A DNA stretch of 64,000 nucleotides from an uncultured Chloroflexia bacterium (GTDB taxonomy: Bacteria; Chloroflexota; Chloroflexia; Thermomicrobiales; UBA6265): assembly GCA_963724295.1 (NCBI GenBank), contig CAVRUC010000004.1, forward strand, positions 1 through 64,000, in the 5' to 3' direction. Shown piece after piece: positions 49,798 to 60,232 of this stretch. The position numbers and the translations under genes are program-made. The notes beneath the pieces were generated by a model. The model was not told the DNA's origin and searched no databases. It was given only the letters and a program-made list of their open reading frames with translations. How positions within the stretch are numbered: position 1 is the stretch's first letter; every line of letters begins with the position of its first letter.

Positions 49798-50349
49798 CTA
49801 GTTGCGACGCGTCTCCTCATCGAGCTTCGACTTGATCGTCTCGGCGGCATCCTTCGATCGACTCTCAGCCATCTCGGAGACCGACGCGATAGTCTCCTTG
49901 ATCTGGCCCTTGAAGCGCTCGAGCTGCCCTTCACCGATCAGCCCTTCGTCGCCGGTGAGCGTGCCCAGCCGTTCTTTGGCCGCGCCCGCCAGCTTGTCGA
50001 ACGCGCCGGGCGCGCGGTCGGCCAGCTTCTCACCCTGTGTGCCAATTCGGGAAACCACGTCCGCGCCAAGATGCTGCGCTTCACCCAGCAGGCTATTCAG
50101 CTTGTCCCGATCGATCTCGGTAACCCATTGCCTGAGCTTGGCGGCGTCGATCTTGTCATCGGCCTGACCGGCAACCTCTTTGAGCCGTCCCATGATGGCG
50201 TTGGTGTCGACGACGCCGCCGACCTTACCGATCGCATCCTGGATGCGGTGGGGCAACCCGTCGGCATCGAGATGACTTTCGGCGCTGGCGACGGCCTCCT
50301 TGATGCGCGACGTCATCTCATCCAGTCTGCCGCTCTCGGAATCGCTCAT
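49798..50349 (-). CDS. CsbD-domain stress protein
   Basis: DKLAGAAKERLGTLTGDEGLIGEGQLERFKGQIKE. Confidence 0.75.
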   Translation of the reverse strand: MSDSESGRLDEMTSRIKEAVASAESHLDADGLPHRIQDAIGKVGGVVDTNAIMGRLKEVAGQADDKIDAAKLRQWVTEIDRDKLNSLLGEAQHLGADVVSRIGTQGEKLADRAPGAFDKLAGAAKERLGTLTGDEGLIGEGQLERFKGQIKETIASVSEMAESRSKDAAETIKSKLDEETRRN

Positions 50350-50465
50350 CGGTCGATCCTCCCGTGCGATGCGCAAGAGTCCCGCGAATGGACCATATGG
50401 GCGTTCACGACAAGTGTACGCCCCATGACCGCGATCTCACCGCGCCTGGTCCGGACCGACGAGGG

Positions 50466-51247
50466 CTACTGGCCACCTGCCCGTGAGGCGATCGGCATCA
50501 CGTCCTCGTTGTAGAGCTGCTGATGCAGATGGACCGGCTCGGTCTTCTTGCGCAGCCGCAAGTTAAGGAGCTCCACTCCCACCGAGAAGGCCATGGCGAA
50601 GTAGATGTACCCCTTCGGAATGTGCTGTCCGAACCCCTCGGCGACGAGCACCATACCGATCAGGAGGAGGAAGCTTAACGCCAGGATCTTCACGGTCGGA
50701 TGGCGATTCACGAAATCCGCCAGCGGCTTGGCCGCCACGAGCATGATCCCAATCGAGATCATCACCGCGATGACCGCGATCGTGATGTTAGTCGTCAGGC
50801 CGATCGCGGTGATCACCGAGTCGAGCGAGAAGACGATATCGAGCAGCACGATCTGGATGATCACACTCGAGAATGAAACGGTTCGAGCTGCCCCGTCTCG
50901 CTCGTGCTCTTCCCCTTCCAGCTTCGCGTGAATCTCGGTCGTCGACTTGTAGATGAGGAAGAGCCCGCCGCCGAGCAGGATCAGATCCCGACCGTTAAAC
51001 GGGTGTGCCGGCGACTGGCGAAGAGCGTCTGAGTCAGTCCCAGCAGCCAGCCGAGTGAGAAAAGCAATGCGATGCGCATCAGCATCGCCAGCAACAATCC
51101 GGTCGTGCGTGCCCGCTGGCGCTGGTTGGCCGGCAGCCGGTCGGCGAGGATCGAGATGAAGATGATGTTGTCGATGCCGAGCACGATCTCGAGCGCGGTC
51201 AGGGTCAACAGCGCCGTCCAGATCGCGGGATCGCTCAACCACTCCAC
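50466..51247 (-). CDS. TerC family membrane protein, frameshift near 51000-51060
   Basis: LEIVLGIDNIIFI; DIVFSLDSVITA; KGYIYFAMAFS. Confidence 0.92.
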
Positions 51248-51449
51248 GCCTCACCCTCCCTCTCACAGCCCCACTCAATCAGAAGACCATCAAGGCGGCC
51301 CCGCAGGGGGCGTGCCAGTCCAGATAATCTCGTAGGTAATCAGGCGATTCTGCACCGTCGTGGTGCAGGATATCCGTAGGGGAGACGCCTGAGTCGCCCG
51401 CATCGAGCCGTCACGACCTGGGTAACTCCCAGACCTACCAAGCACCCGC

Positions 51450-52061
51450 TTAGGCCACGTCTGGATCCTCGCGCTCTTCCCGCGCGAACGCGCAAAGCTC
51501 GATGCGGTGATCGTTGCACAACGATGTAGCGAAGGGATCGCCACGAGTCATCCTCCCCACCCAATCGGCGGGCCGAAAGTAGGCAAGCTCAACCCGACGC
51601 GCACCCACAATCGGAGCCAGCGCGACAAGGCTACGGTCGAAGATTCCATCCAGATCCTCGATCCCGAGATTGCCCAGGATCACCAAGTAGACCGGATCCG
51701 ACTGAGAAGAGAGGTCGCCGCTGACCCAGGCGCCATCGATGACCGGCACTCCTTCAACCGCACCGCGTAGCGCCTCCTCGAGCGGCATGGCGCGCACGAT
51801 CAGGGCAGTCAGCGGCGCCAGAAGCGGCCAGGCGGGATCGGGGCGATAGAGGCGAGCGTTGCCGACCCGCTCGTCGCGCAAGAGGCCGAGTCGGGTCAGC
51901 TTGTAGCACTCGTGCTGCAGGCTACTCACCGGCAGTCCCAATCGTCGCGAGAGGTCGGTCAGCGAGAATGCCAGGTGCGGTCGCGGCAAGACTAGCGTGA
52001 GCACAGCCGCACGCACTCGTGAGGAAAAGAGCTCCGCGAGCGGGTCCGGCACGACCTTCAC
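51450..52061 (-). CDS. Winged-HTH protein with degenerate nucleotidyltransferase-like domain
   Basis: LFSSRVRAAVL..LTRLGLL..VGNARLYR; C-terminal half lacks the GS/DxD motif. Confidence 0.6.
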   Translation of the reverse strand: MKVVPDPLAELFSSRVRAAVLTLVLPRPHLAFSLTDLSRRLGLPVSSLQHECYKLTRLGLLRDERVGNARLYRPDPAWPLLAPLTALIVRAMPLEEALRGAVEGVPVIDGAWVSGDLSSQSDPVYLVILGNLGIEDLDGIFDRSLVALAPIVGARRVELAYFRPADWVGRMTRGDPFATSLCNDHRIELCAFAREEREDPDVA

Positions 52062-52127
52062 ATCCTGGCGCCACGATTCGCATGCAGGCTTCGGTAATGC
52101 CGCATCGTACCAAAGAGGAGCCCGCGC

Positions 52128-53030
52128 TCAGGTGCTGCTCCAGAGCGACCTGCCGTCGTGGACTTCGTGTGTTATTGCACCAGCTCGGTGGAGGTGGCTC
52201 AGAAACGCGAAGACGGTTGGTTGCAGCAGGTAGAACGAGGGCGCGTCAACCACTGGAGCGTCGAATCGCCGCAAGATCGCTTCCAGAATGGCTTCGGCGG
52301 TTCGGGGGCTCGTCGTCAGCGCCAGTATCGCCGCCGCGACGCGCTCAGCAAGCGCCGCATTGAGGTCGATTGCCGCCTCGAGGTGCCCGTCTTCGAGCAC
52401 CGGCCCATGACCGGCAACGGCCACCCGGTGGGGTGTGTCACGGGCCAGTTCCAGCGCGGCCAGGTGCTCGGTCAGCGAGAAGAGATAGGGGATGCGGTAC
52501 TTGTCGAGAACGTTCTCCGGCAGGACGACGTCCGCGCAAAAGAAGACGTCACCGGCGAGGTAGCCGAGCTGGCCCGGCGAGTGGCCGAAGAGCGGCACGG
52601 CCTGGAGGCGAATCCCGGCGATCTCGTGAACGCCGGGCTCCACGATTGCATCGACCGGGCTGGGGTCGGCGAGCAGGAAATTCCCTCGCAGCGTGTCGAG
52701 CGGATCGGCGCCGCCGAAGAGCGATGCCGGTTGCAGCAAGGGGTAGCGGAGGAACGCCTCGTCGAACCTCGGCGCATGGACAATCGCGCCGGTCCGCTTC
52801 ACGATCGTCGCGTTGCCGCCGAAGTGGTCGGCGTGGGCGTGTGTGGTGAGCACTGCCACGATGTCGCCGCCGAGCTCCTCGCGCACGACCTTGATCGCCT
52901 TCCTGGCACTCGACTCGTTGAGCCCGGTATCCACGAGCACGATCTGCTCGTCGTCATTGACAAGGACCCCGATGTTGACACCGCCCGGGATGACCCAGGC
53001 CCGATCGCCAAGCGGTATCAAGATTCCCAA
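52128..53030 (-). CDS. MBL-fold metallo-hydrolase
   Basis: VDTG, THAHADHFGG, GHSPG, AGHG. Confidence 0.9.
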   Translation of the reverse strand: MGILIPLGDRAWVIPGGVNIGVLVNDDEQIVLVDTGLNESSARKAIKVVREELGGDIVAVLTTHAHADHFGGNATIVKRTGAIVHAPRFDEAFLRYPLLQPASLFGGADPLDTLRGNFLLADPSPVDAIVEPGVHEIAGIRLQAVPLFGHSPGQLGYLAGDVFFCADVVLPENVLDKYRIPYLFSLTEHLAALELARDTPHRVAVAGHGPVLEDGHLEAAIDLNAALAERVAAAILALTTSPRTAEAILEAILRRFDAPVVDAPSFYLLQPTVFAFLSHLHRAGAITHEVHDGRSLWSST

Positions 53031-53101
53031 CCGATGTCCCCCTCGCTGACCCCGGAATGCTGAGCGGCGGCCACTATACTGGCGCTCCGGGAGGGAACGT
53101 A

Positions 53102-54046
53102 GTGGGTCACCAGTCGACCACCGCGGTGCGCCACGTCGTCGAGGTCGGGCAATTCGACCGTCCCGGTATCGAGCGGCTCTTTGCCGCCGCCGACCGGATG
53201 CGAGATCTGCCGCGACAGGCAACCCCGCTTGCCGGTTTCACGCTGGCCACCATCTTCTATGAGCCATCGACGCGTACCCGCCTCTCCTTTGAGACGGCGA
53301 TGCTCAAGCTCGGCGGCAATGTCATCTCGACCGAGAACGCGCGGGAGTTTTCCTCGGCTATCAAGGGCGAGTCGGTCGAAGATACCGTGCGCATCGTTGG
53401 CGGCTACGCTGACGCCATCGTTATTCGCCATTATGAGCAGGGATCGGCCCACCGTGCGGCCACGGTCGCCGCCGTACCGATCCTCAACGCCGGCGATGGA
53501 CCGGGAGAGCACCCCTCACAGGCGCTCCTCGATCTCTACACCATCGGTCACGAGCTGGGGCGCATCGACGGGCTGCGCGTGGCCCTGGTCGGTGATCTGC
53601 GCTATGGGCGCACGGCGCGATCGCTGGCCCGACTCTTTCGCCTCACCACCGGCACCGAGCTCATCTTCGTCTCGCCCCCCGCCGTCCCGATGGGGGAGGA
53701 TGTGCGTGCCGAGCTCGACAGCTCCGGCATTCCCTACCGCGATGAACCAGACCTCGATGCCGTGCTGCCGCACGTCGACGTCGTCTATCAGACGCGGGTG
53801 CAGAAGGAACGGTTCACCACCCCGGTAGAGTACGAGACCGCGCGCGGGCAGTATGTGATCGACAGCGATGCCATGCGGCGTCTCGGCCCGGCCGCTATCC
53901 TGCTCCATCCCCTGCCGCGCGTCGACGAGATTGCGACCGAGGTCGACCCCGATCCCCGCGCCGCCTATTTCCGGCAGGCGCACAACGGCGTATTTATCCG
54001 TATGGCTCTCCTGGAGCACGTCCTGGGAGACCGCTCGCGGGCTTGA
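53102..54046 (+). CDS. pyrB: Aspartate carbamoyltransferase catalytic subunit
   Basis: FYEPSTRTRLSF, HPSQALLD, YQTRVQKER, HPLPR. Confidence 0.97.
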   Translation: MGHQSTTAVRHVVEVGQFDRPGIERLFAAADRMRDLPRQATPLAGFTLATIFYEPSTRTRLSFETAMLKLGGNVISTENAREFSSAIKGESVEDTVRIVGGYADAIVIRHYEQGSAHRAATVAAVPILNAGDGPGEHPSQALLDLYTIGHELGRIDGLRVALVGDLRYGRTARSLARLFRLTTGTELIFVSPPAVPMGEDVRAELDSSGIPYRDEPDLDAVLPHVDVVYQTRVQKERFTTPVEYETARGQYVIDSDAMRRLGPAAILLHPLPRVDEIATEVDPDPRAAYFRQAHNGVFIRMALLEHVLGDRSRA

Positions 54047-54815
54047 CGGCCACGAAGCGCAGTCGTCGATAGTCGGCGACCCAGCGCCCCTCTCGCTCCA
54101 ACCGCGGCCGGGACAGTTCGTTCACCCGCTCCTGCACTCGCGCGCGGCGCTCGGCCGGCACCGGCGCCAGCAGGTCGCCGCCGAACATGCGCAGCCAATC
54201 GGCGATGCCGTTCGGGCAATCGTCCAGTGGTGTTGGCCGGTCGAAGAGCTGCATGAACCTCACTTCGAAGCCGGCCCGCTCCAACAGCGAGGCGTACTCA
54301 CCGATGCTCGGGAAGTACCACGGGTTGCGGACGTGCTCGCGGGAGATGCCTTCCTCGGCAAGCGCCTGATACGTGGCCGCGACGATGGTCGCGATGTTGC
54401 CGATGCCGCCCATCTCGGCCACGAACCTCCCACCTGGCTCGAGCGCCCGCGCCACGGACGCGGCGACTGCCTCCGGTGGCGACATCCAGTGCAGCGCGGC
54501 ATTGGAGAAGACGGCATCCACCGGCGCCTCAACCGCGAAGTCTTGCCCCTTGGCCACCTCGAACCGAAGCTGTGGGTAGAGCTCCCTGGCCCGGGCGATC
54601 ATCGCTTCCGAGGCGTCGATCCCCAGGACTTCGGCGCCGACCGCGGCGATCTGTGCCGTCAGCGCCCCGGTCCCGCACCCGAGGTCGATGATCCGCGCGC
54701 CTGGCCGCGGCGCAAGCAGCTCGACGACTCCGGCGCCCAGCTGGGTGATGATGCCGAACGATTCGTCGTAAAGCCTGGAGTCCCACTGCGTCGCCGAGCC
54801 CGGGACACCCCGCAT
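53994..54815 (-). CDS. SAM-dependent methyltransferase (Tam-like)
   Basis: DLGCGTG, DAVFSNAALHW, ADYRRLRF. Confidence 0.9.
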   Translation of the reverse strand: MRGVPGSATQWDSRLYDESFGIITQLGAGVVELLAPRPGARIIDLGCGTGALTAQIAAVGAEVLGIDASEAMIARARELYPQLRFEVAKGQDFAVEAPVDAVFSNAALHWMSPPEAVAASVARALEPGGRFVAEMGGIGNIATIVAATYQALAEEGISREHVRNPWYFPSIGEYASLLERAGFEVRFMQLFDRPTPLDDCPNGIADWLRMFGGDLLAPVPAERRARVQERVNELSRPRLEREGRWVADYRRLRFVAVKPASGLPGRAPGEPYG

Positions 54816-54911
54816 GGACTCGCCGCCTGCATTCGTCCCGTTATTCTCACCCACCCTCGCCAATCCCCTTTAGACCAGGCAACAGGAGCGAGCGCACAGG
54901 ATCCTCCACCA

Positions 54912-55904
54912 TCACCCATCACCCACGTCAGCGTTCCCGATCGCACTTGCCCTGCCCAGCAGCGCCGCGCCGATGACCCCAGCTTCGTAGCCGAGACTCG
55001 CGGGTCTGAAGGTGATCCGCGCAATGTCGATCACCCCCGTATGAGCGCGGGCGACCGCCTCGGCCGCGCGAAAAAAGCGACCTCCGGCAGGCGCCACTCC
55101 GCCCCCGATAACGATGACCTCGGGGGCCAGCAACGCGATAGCGCTCGCCAGGGTGATCCCTAACCAGCCGCCTGCCCGGTCGATGACGTCGATGGCCACG
55201 GGATCGCCCTCGTCCGCCGCGCGCGCCACCAGCTCGGGAGTAATCGCGTCGAGGTCTCCGCCAGACATTCCGCTGAGTGCCGTCGTGAAGCCCTGCACCA
55301 CTCTGCGCACCGCCTCGCCGACAATCGCCGGACCGTTCGCCAGTGTCTCGGCGCAACCGAGGTTGCCACAGGTACAGCGGGGGCCTTCCGGCTGCAGGAT
55401 CAGATGTCCGATCTCACCGGCCATCGCGCCCAGCCCATAAAGAATTCGGCCATGGGCGATCACCCCGCTGCCGATACCAGTGCCAACGGTGACGCAGAGC
55501 GCGGTGTCGGCGCCGGCCGCGGCGCCGAGCTGGTACTCAGCAAGCGCGAACGCTTTGGCGTCGTTGATGATGCCCACCGGCAAGGCGATGGCTGCGGCAA
55601 TGGCGGGGCCGACGGGGACATTCCGCCACCGTCCGGGCAGGTTTGGCAGGTCGCCGGTCACTCCGGTCACCATATCGACGTCGCCAGGTACGCCGATGCC
55701 GATCCCCGCGACGCGGATTTCCGGGTTCTCCGCCAGAAGCGAGCGAGCGCCCTCGATCATGCGCTCGATCACGGCGTCGTGTCCTTCCGCGCCACGGGTC
55801 GGCACCGTCAGACGGGCCGCGATGCGACTCTCACCATCGAGGAGAGCGAGCTTGAGATTCGTGCCCCCGAGATCGATCCCGATCGCGCCTGGCTCCTGAC
55901 TCAC
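54912..55904 (-). CDS. ROK family sugar kinase
   Basis: GIDLGGT, INDAKA, GTGIGSG, GEIGH, CTCGNLGC. Confidence 0.93.
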   Translation of the reverse strand: MSQEPGAIGIDLGGTNLKLALLDGESRIAARLTVPTRGAEGHDAVIERMIEGARSLLAENPEIRVAGIGIGVPGDVDMVTGVTGDLPNLPGRWRNVPVGPAIAAAIALPVGIINDAKAFALAEYQLGAAAGADTALCVTVGTGIGSGVIAHGRILYGLGAMAGEIGHLILQPEGPRCTCGNLGCAETLANGPAIVGEAVRRVVQGFTTALSGMSGGDLDAITPELVARAADEGDPVAIDVIDRAGGWLGITLASAIALLAPEVIVIGGGVAPAGGRFFRAAEAVARAHTGVIDIARITFRPASLGYEAGVIGAALLGRASAIGNADVGDG

Positions 55905-56242
55905 AGGACGCGACGTCCAAAGCCCGCGGGCAAACGTGCAGAATCTTGACCGTCGGGAGCGCCCGTGCCGTTCGGTCGAGACGCTTCGTACCTCAGCATG
56001 AGATGCCACCTTTTCGCGGTACCGACCTCGCGTCCCGCATTGTCGGGCGGGATGGCACGCTGTCAACCTCCGAGCCATGAAGAGGCGAGCGCGAATCGCT
56101 ATGGTAAACTGTACGTACATGGCGTCCGGTCACGTCCCGTGGCCCGCCGGCGCCCATCCCCCGCCAGTGTCTCGCGTCGCCTGCCACGGTTTCCTCGAGG
56201 GGATCGCCGGCGCGGCCGCGCGAGCATCGAGGGAAGCAGGGC

Positions 56243-58387
56243 ATGCCGAACCGCGATGAACAGCAGCACGGATCGCCGCGCGACGTGCCACCGGTCGGCC
56301 GGCCGCGTGGTGCCGTCTGGCGCTCGCTGCAGGCCGATGGCGTCGTTTGGGAAGGGCAGGTCCTTCTCGTAGGCGACGACGTCGATCTGGCGGCACGCAT
56401 GATCGTCACCCACCGCCGCGTCGTCTTCGTCCGTGGCGGCGACGTTGTGCTCGAGATGCCGCGCGGCTGGCTCCGTCCAGAACCGGTGCTGCGGCGCGAT
56501 GGCGTCCTCGAGCTCTTCGTTGCCATGCCGGGCGAGAACCTCTTCGACGAGCCGCTGCGCGTGCCGCTGCGCATGCGGGAGGGACACCCGGCTGCCGGAC
56601 ACATCATCGCCATGCTGGCGCCCAGTGGGGTTCGCCACATCGCGCCGGATGCCTTGTCGGGTCTGGAGCGGGCGCGCGAGGCCACTCCGGCGCCACGCTT
56701 TGGCAGCTTCTGGGACGATGAGCCCGACCCGCTTGGCAGCCGCAACGGTCTGGTCGGCACGGTCGATGACTTCGACCAGTATCCGGACCCGGCGGCCACT
56801 GAGACTCCTGATTCTGACTGGGCGCCCATCGAACCACCGGATCGGGTCGTACGCGTACCCTCGAATCCGCCGAAACGGCCAAACGCCAACGCCTTTCCCA
56901 TCGCCGGCATGTTGCCGCGCGACCAGCGGCGTTCACCCTGGCGATTGCTGATTCGGGTCGCCGCGTTGACCGTCCTCCTCGCCACCGCGGCAGCGCTCGG
57001 GGCAGGCCGACTCGATATCCAGGTTCCCGGCGCCGCCAACGAACCCGTTCTTGTGGCGCCGACCGCCACCATCCCCGCCACGACCTCTCCGACTCAGGCG
57101 CCAGAGGCGGCTCTCGGCCCCAATCAGGACTCGGCGATCGCCATCGGCGTCGGCGGACCAGCAGCGCAGGACTCGACCGGGGATGAGACGGCCGCGGCCC
57201 AGTCAGCCGCCACGCCGACGGAGACGTCGGTTCCGGTGCTGATGCCGACCGAGGTCGCAATCCCGACACCCGCATCGACCCTGACGCCGGAGCCAGTTCC
57301 CACGGCCACGCCGCAGCAGTCCACAGCTGCCGCTCCGGCCGCGGCGACGAATCCTTCTACTCCTTCTTCTGCCGCTGCCGGGATCGCCCCGCAAGACGAG
57401 TCCGCGGCAACCCCAGGGCAATCCTCCGTGACACAGGTCGCGGCCGTCGACCCCGGCGAGCCGCCGGCCCAGGAGATTGTCGTAGGTCCGCTCCGCCTGA
57501 CCATTCAGACCGCACTGCGCGCGGCGAGCCTTCCCCGATATGCGTTGCCCCCCGGCTCCGGTGAATGGCTACTCCTGATCGCCGATATCAGGAACGAGAG
57601 CGATGCTGCCGCTTCGCTCCCGATGAGTGATCTCCGCGTGTTCGACCGCGGCACGGCCACGGTCGTCGATCTCGACACCGGGACGGATGTCATTGCCGCC
57701 CTGGCCGGGTTCGATCCAGCCTGGAGCAACGACGACGTCATCGGCGTCGAACCGAGCGGGTCCGCCGAGACGCTCCTCCTCTACCTTCTGCCACCCGGGT
57801 CGAGCGATGATCTGGCGTTGCTCGTTGGACAGACCTCGATCGATCTGGGGCCGTCGCTGGCGCTGGGTGAAGCGGCGCCGGCCGCAATACCTGACCTTCT
57901 GGAGGCGACGATCGTCGCCGTCACCGATGGGTCGCGCCTCACGGTCGACGTGGCCGGCCAACAGGAAACGGTGCAGTATCTAGGGTTCCAGGCGCCAACC
58001 GGTGACGCCTGCTTCACCTCGGAAGCAACGACCGCCAACACGGCGCTAGTCGAAGGAGGTCAGGTCTGGCTGGAGCGGCAGGCAACCGATCGCGCAGAGG
58101 ACGGCGCGCTCTTGCGGGATGTCTGGATCGCCGATGCGAACGGCAACCGCGCTCTCGTCGCGGCGCGCCTGCTCGAGGCCGGGGCGGGGACGCCGGCTCC
58201 GGCCGCGCCCGACACCAGATACCAGGCCTGGCTGCAAGCCGCTGCCGCACTCGCTCGCTCCAACGGCGCCGGCTTGTGGGGCGCCTGCGGGGACGTTACC
58301 GCCAGTACGCAAGTGGTGCCGGATGACGCCCCACAGCTCGCCTTTCTCGGTGGCGCCTGGCGCAGCCGCTGGTGGTTGACCACCTGA
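56243..58387 (+). CDS. Membrane-anchored protein with C-terminal thermonuclease (SNase)-like domain
   Basis: Cytoplasmic N domain, TM segment, Pro/Thr/Ala linker, Ig-like region, then VTDG..YLG..LRDVW..GAGLWGAC. Confidence 0.75.
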   Translation: MPNRDEQQHGSPRDVPPVGRPRGAVWRSLQADGVVWEGQVLLVGDDVDLAARMIVTHRRVVFVRGGDVVLEMPRGWLRPEPVLRRDGVLELFVAMPGENLFDEPLRVPLRMREGHPAAGHIIAMLAPSGVRHIAPDALSGLERAREATPAPRFGSFWDDEPDPLGSRNGLVGTVDDFDQYPDPAATETPDSDWAPIEPPDRVVRVPSNPPKRPNANAFPIAGMLPRDQRRSPWRLLIRVAALTVLLATAAALGAGRLDIQVPGAANEPVLVAPTATIPATTSPTQAPEAALGPNQDSAIAIGVGGPAAQDSTGDETAAAQSAATPTETSVPVLMPTEVAIPTPASTLTPEPVPTATPQQSTAAAPAAATNPSTPSSAAAGIAPQDESAATPGQSSVTQVAAVDPGEPPAQEIVVGPLRLTIQTALRAASLPRYALPPGSGEWLLLIADIRNESDAAASLPMSDLRVFDRGTATVVDLDTGTDVIAALAGFDPAWSNDDVIGVEPSGSAETLLLYLLPPGSSDDLALLVGQTSIDLGPSLALGEAAPAAIPDLLEATIVAVTDGSRLTVDVAGQQETVQYLGFQAPTGDACFTSEATTANTALVEGGQVWLERQATDRAEDGALLRDVWIADANGNRALVAARLLEAGAGTPAPAAPDTRYQAWLQAAAALARSNGAGLWGACGDVTASTQVVPDDAPQLAFLGGAWRSRWWLTT

Positions 58388-58559
58388 TCGATCGCCCATA
58401 CGAAGGTTCGCCGCAGAGCGAACAGAGCGAGCGCGTCACCGCCATGACGCGCTCGCTCTGTTTGTTCACCGCCGCGGTCCCTTGCGCCGCGTGCCATCCC
58501 TTGGCACCATCCTTCCGGCGGCAAGGGAACGACCCCACGACGACAGCGGAGGAATCTGG

Positions 58560-60188
58560 ATGACGACCACGGCGGCCACGAACTCGGGAGACGAACTGCC
58601 TGCGGATGGCTCCCGCTACGACGCGATCGTCGTCGGCGCGGGTCACAACGGATTGATCGCGGCGAGCTACCTGGCCAAGGCCGGGAAAAAGGTGCTCGTG
58701 CTGGAGCGGCGCTCGATCATCGGCGGCGCGACCGTCACCGAGGAGTGGTTCCCAGGCTACCGGCTCTCAACCTGCTCCTACGTTTGCAATCTCCTGCTGC
58801 CAGAAGTGATCTCGGATCTGGAACTCGAGCGCCACGGCTATGACGTGCGCCCCTTCGATCCTCAATACTTCGTCCCCTTCCCCGACGGCTCCTATTTCAT
58901 GAGCTTCCTCGACGGGCGCAAGACGCGCGAGCAGATCGCGAAGTTCTCCCAACGCGACGTCGCCGGTTACGATGCCTACTGGGCGATGTGGGACCGCATC
59001 GTGGAGCGGATGCGGCCGTTGCTCCTGCAATCCGCGCCCACGTGGGATCAGATCGAGGCCCGCTTCTCTGGGCCCCAGGGGCAGGAAGACTGGCGGACGC
59101 TGACCCGCAAGAGCATCGCCGAACTTCTCGACGAGTACTTTGAATCCGAGCAGATCAAGGCGCCGCTCTCGACCGGAGGAGTGATCGGAGTCAACGCCGG
59201 TCCCATGACCCCCGGCACCGCGTACGTGAAGTATCACCACCTCATCGGTAGCATCGCCGGCCACCAGGGAGCCTGGGGTTTCGTGCGCGGCGGCATGGGC
59301 AGTATCCCGAAAGCGATCGCGGCCTTCGCTGGCGAGCACGGGGTCGACATCGCGACCGATAGCGAAGTCGCCGAAATCGAGATCCAGGACGGGTCGGCGA
59401 GGGGCGTGCGCACCGTCGACGGCCGCCGGTATGTGGCCGACATCATCCTCTCGAACGCGGACCCTACCCGCACCTTCCTCGGCATGGTCGGCGAGTCGCA
59501 CCTCCCGGCCGCGTTTGCGGACGGAGTGAAGCGCATCAAGGTCAAAGGCTCGGTGGTCAAGGTGCTGATGGCGCTCGGCGAGCTGCCCAACTTCACGGCA
59601 CTGCCGGGGACCACTGTTGGCCCGCAGCACACCGGCGGTATCGTCATCAACCCGTCGGTCGAGTACCTCGAGACCGCCTGGGACGACTGCAAGCGCGGTC
59701 ATCCCAGCCGTCGCCCCTTCATGGACTGCTACATCCAGACCGCGACCGAGGACGGTCTCACCCCGCCCGGCAAGCACACCATGAGCCTCTTCGTCCAGTA
59801 CGCGCCGTACGATCTGGCCGAGGGCTCGTGGGATCAGCGGCGAGACGAGATCGGCGCCAATATCATCGACACGCTCGCCATGTTCGCGCCGAACATCCCG
59901 AACGCCATCGAGCATCTCGAGGTGCTCGGTCCGCCCGACATCGAGCGCATCATCGGCATCACCGGCGGCAACATCTTCCACGGCGAGATACTGCCGGACC
60001 AGATGTTCGGCTACCGACCCGTCCCGGGCTTCAGCGACTACCGAACCCCGGTCGAACGCCTCTATCTCTGCGGCTCCGGCGCCTGGCCGGGCGGTGCGGT
60101 CTTCGGCGCGCCGGGTCGAAACTGCGCGCTGGAGGCGCTCCGGGATCTCGGCAGCAATCCATCATCGGTCGCAACCGCTGCCGACTAG
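58560..60188 (+). CDS. Phytoene desaturase-like NAD(P)/FAD oxidoreductase
   Basis: GAGHNGL, LERRSIIGG, GGMG, GNIFHG, LYLCGSGAWPGG. Confidence 0.92.
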   Translation: MTTTAATNSGDELPADGSRYDAIVVGAGHNGLIAASYLAKAGKKVLVLERRSIIGGATVTEEWFPGYRLSTCSYVCNLLLPEVISDLELERHGYDVRPFDPQYFVPFPDGSYFMSFLDGRKTREQIAKFSQRDVAGYDAYWAMWDRIVERMRPLLLQSAPTWDQIEARFSGPQGQEDWRTLTRKSIAELLDEYFESEQIKAPLSTGGVIGVNAGPMTPGTAYVKYHHLIGSIAGHQGAWGFVRGGMGSIPKAIAAFAGEHGVDIATDSEVAEIEIQDGSARGVRTVDGRRYVADIILSNADPTRTFLGMVGESHLPAAFADGVKRIKVKGSVVKVLMALGELPNFTALPGTTVGPQHTGGIVINPSVEYLETAWDDCKRGHPSRRPFMDCYIQTATEDGLTPPGKHTMSLFVQYAPYDLAEGSWDQRRDEIGANIIDTLAMFAPNIPNAIEHLEVLGPPDIERIIGITGGNIFHGEILPDQMFGYRPVPGFSDYRTPVERLYLCGSGAWPGGAVFGAPGRNCALEALRDLGSNPSSVATAAD

Positions 60189-60232
60189 GAGCGGCGAATT
60201 GCTCACGATGCGCGTCGCGTCTCGCGGCTCGT

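Noticed and set aside
15637..51247. Programmed frameshifting in the MoxR ATPase, prmC and terC genes
   Set aside because: No consistent slippery sites seen; indels are scattered across many unrelated genes, which fits sequencing error
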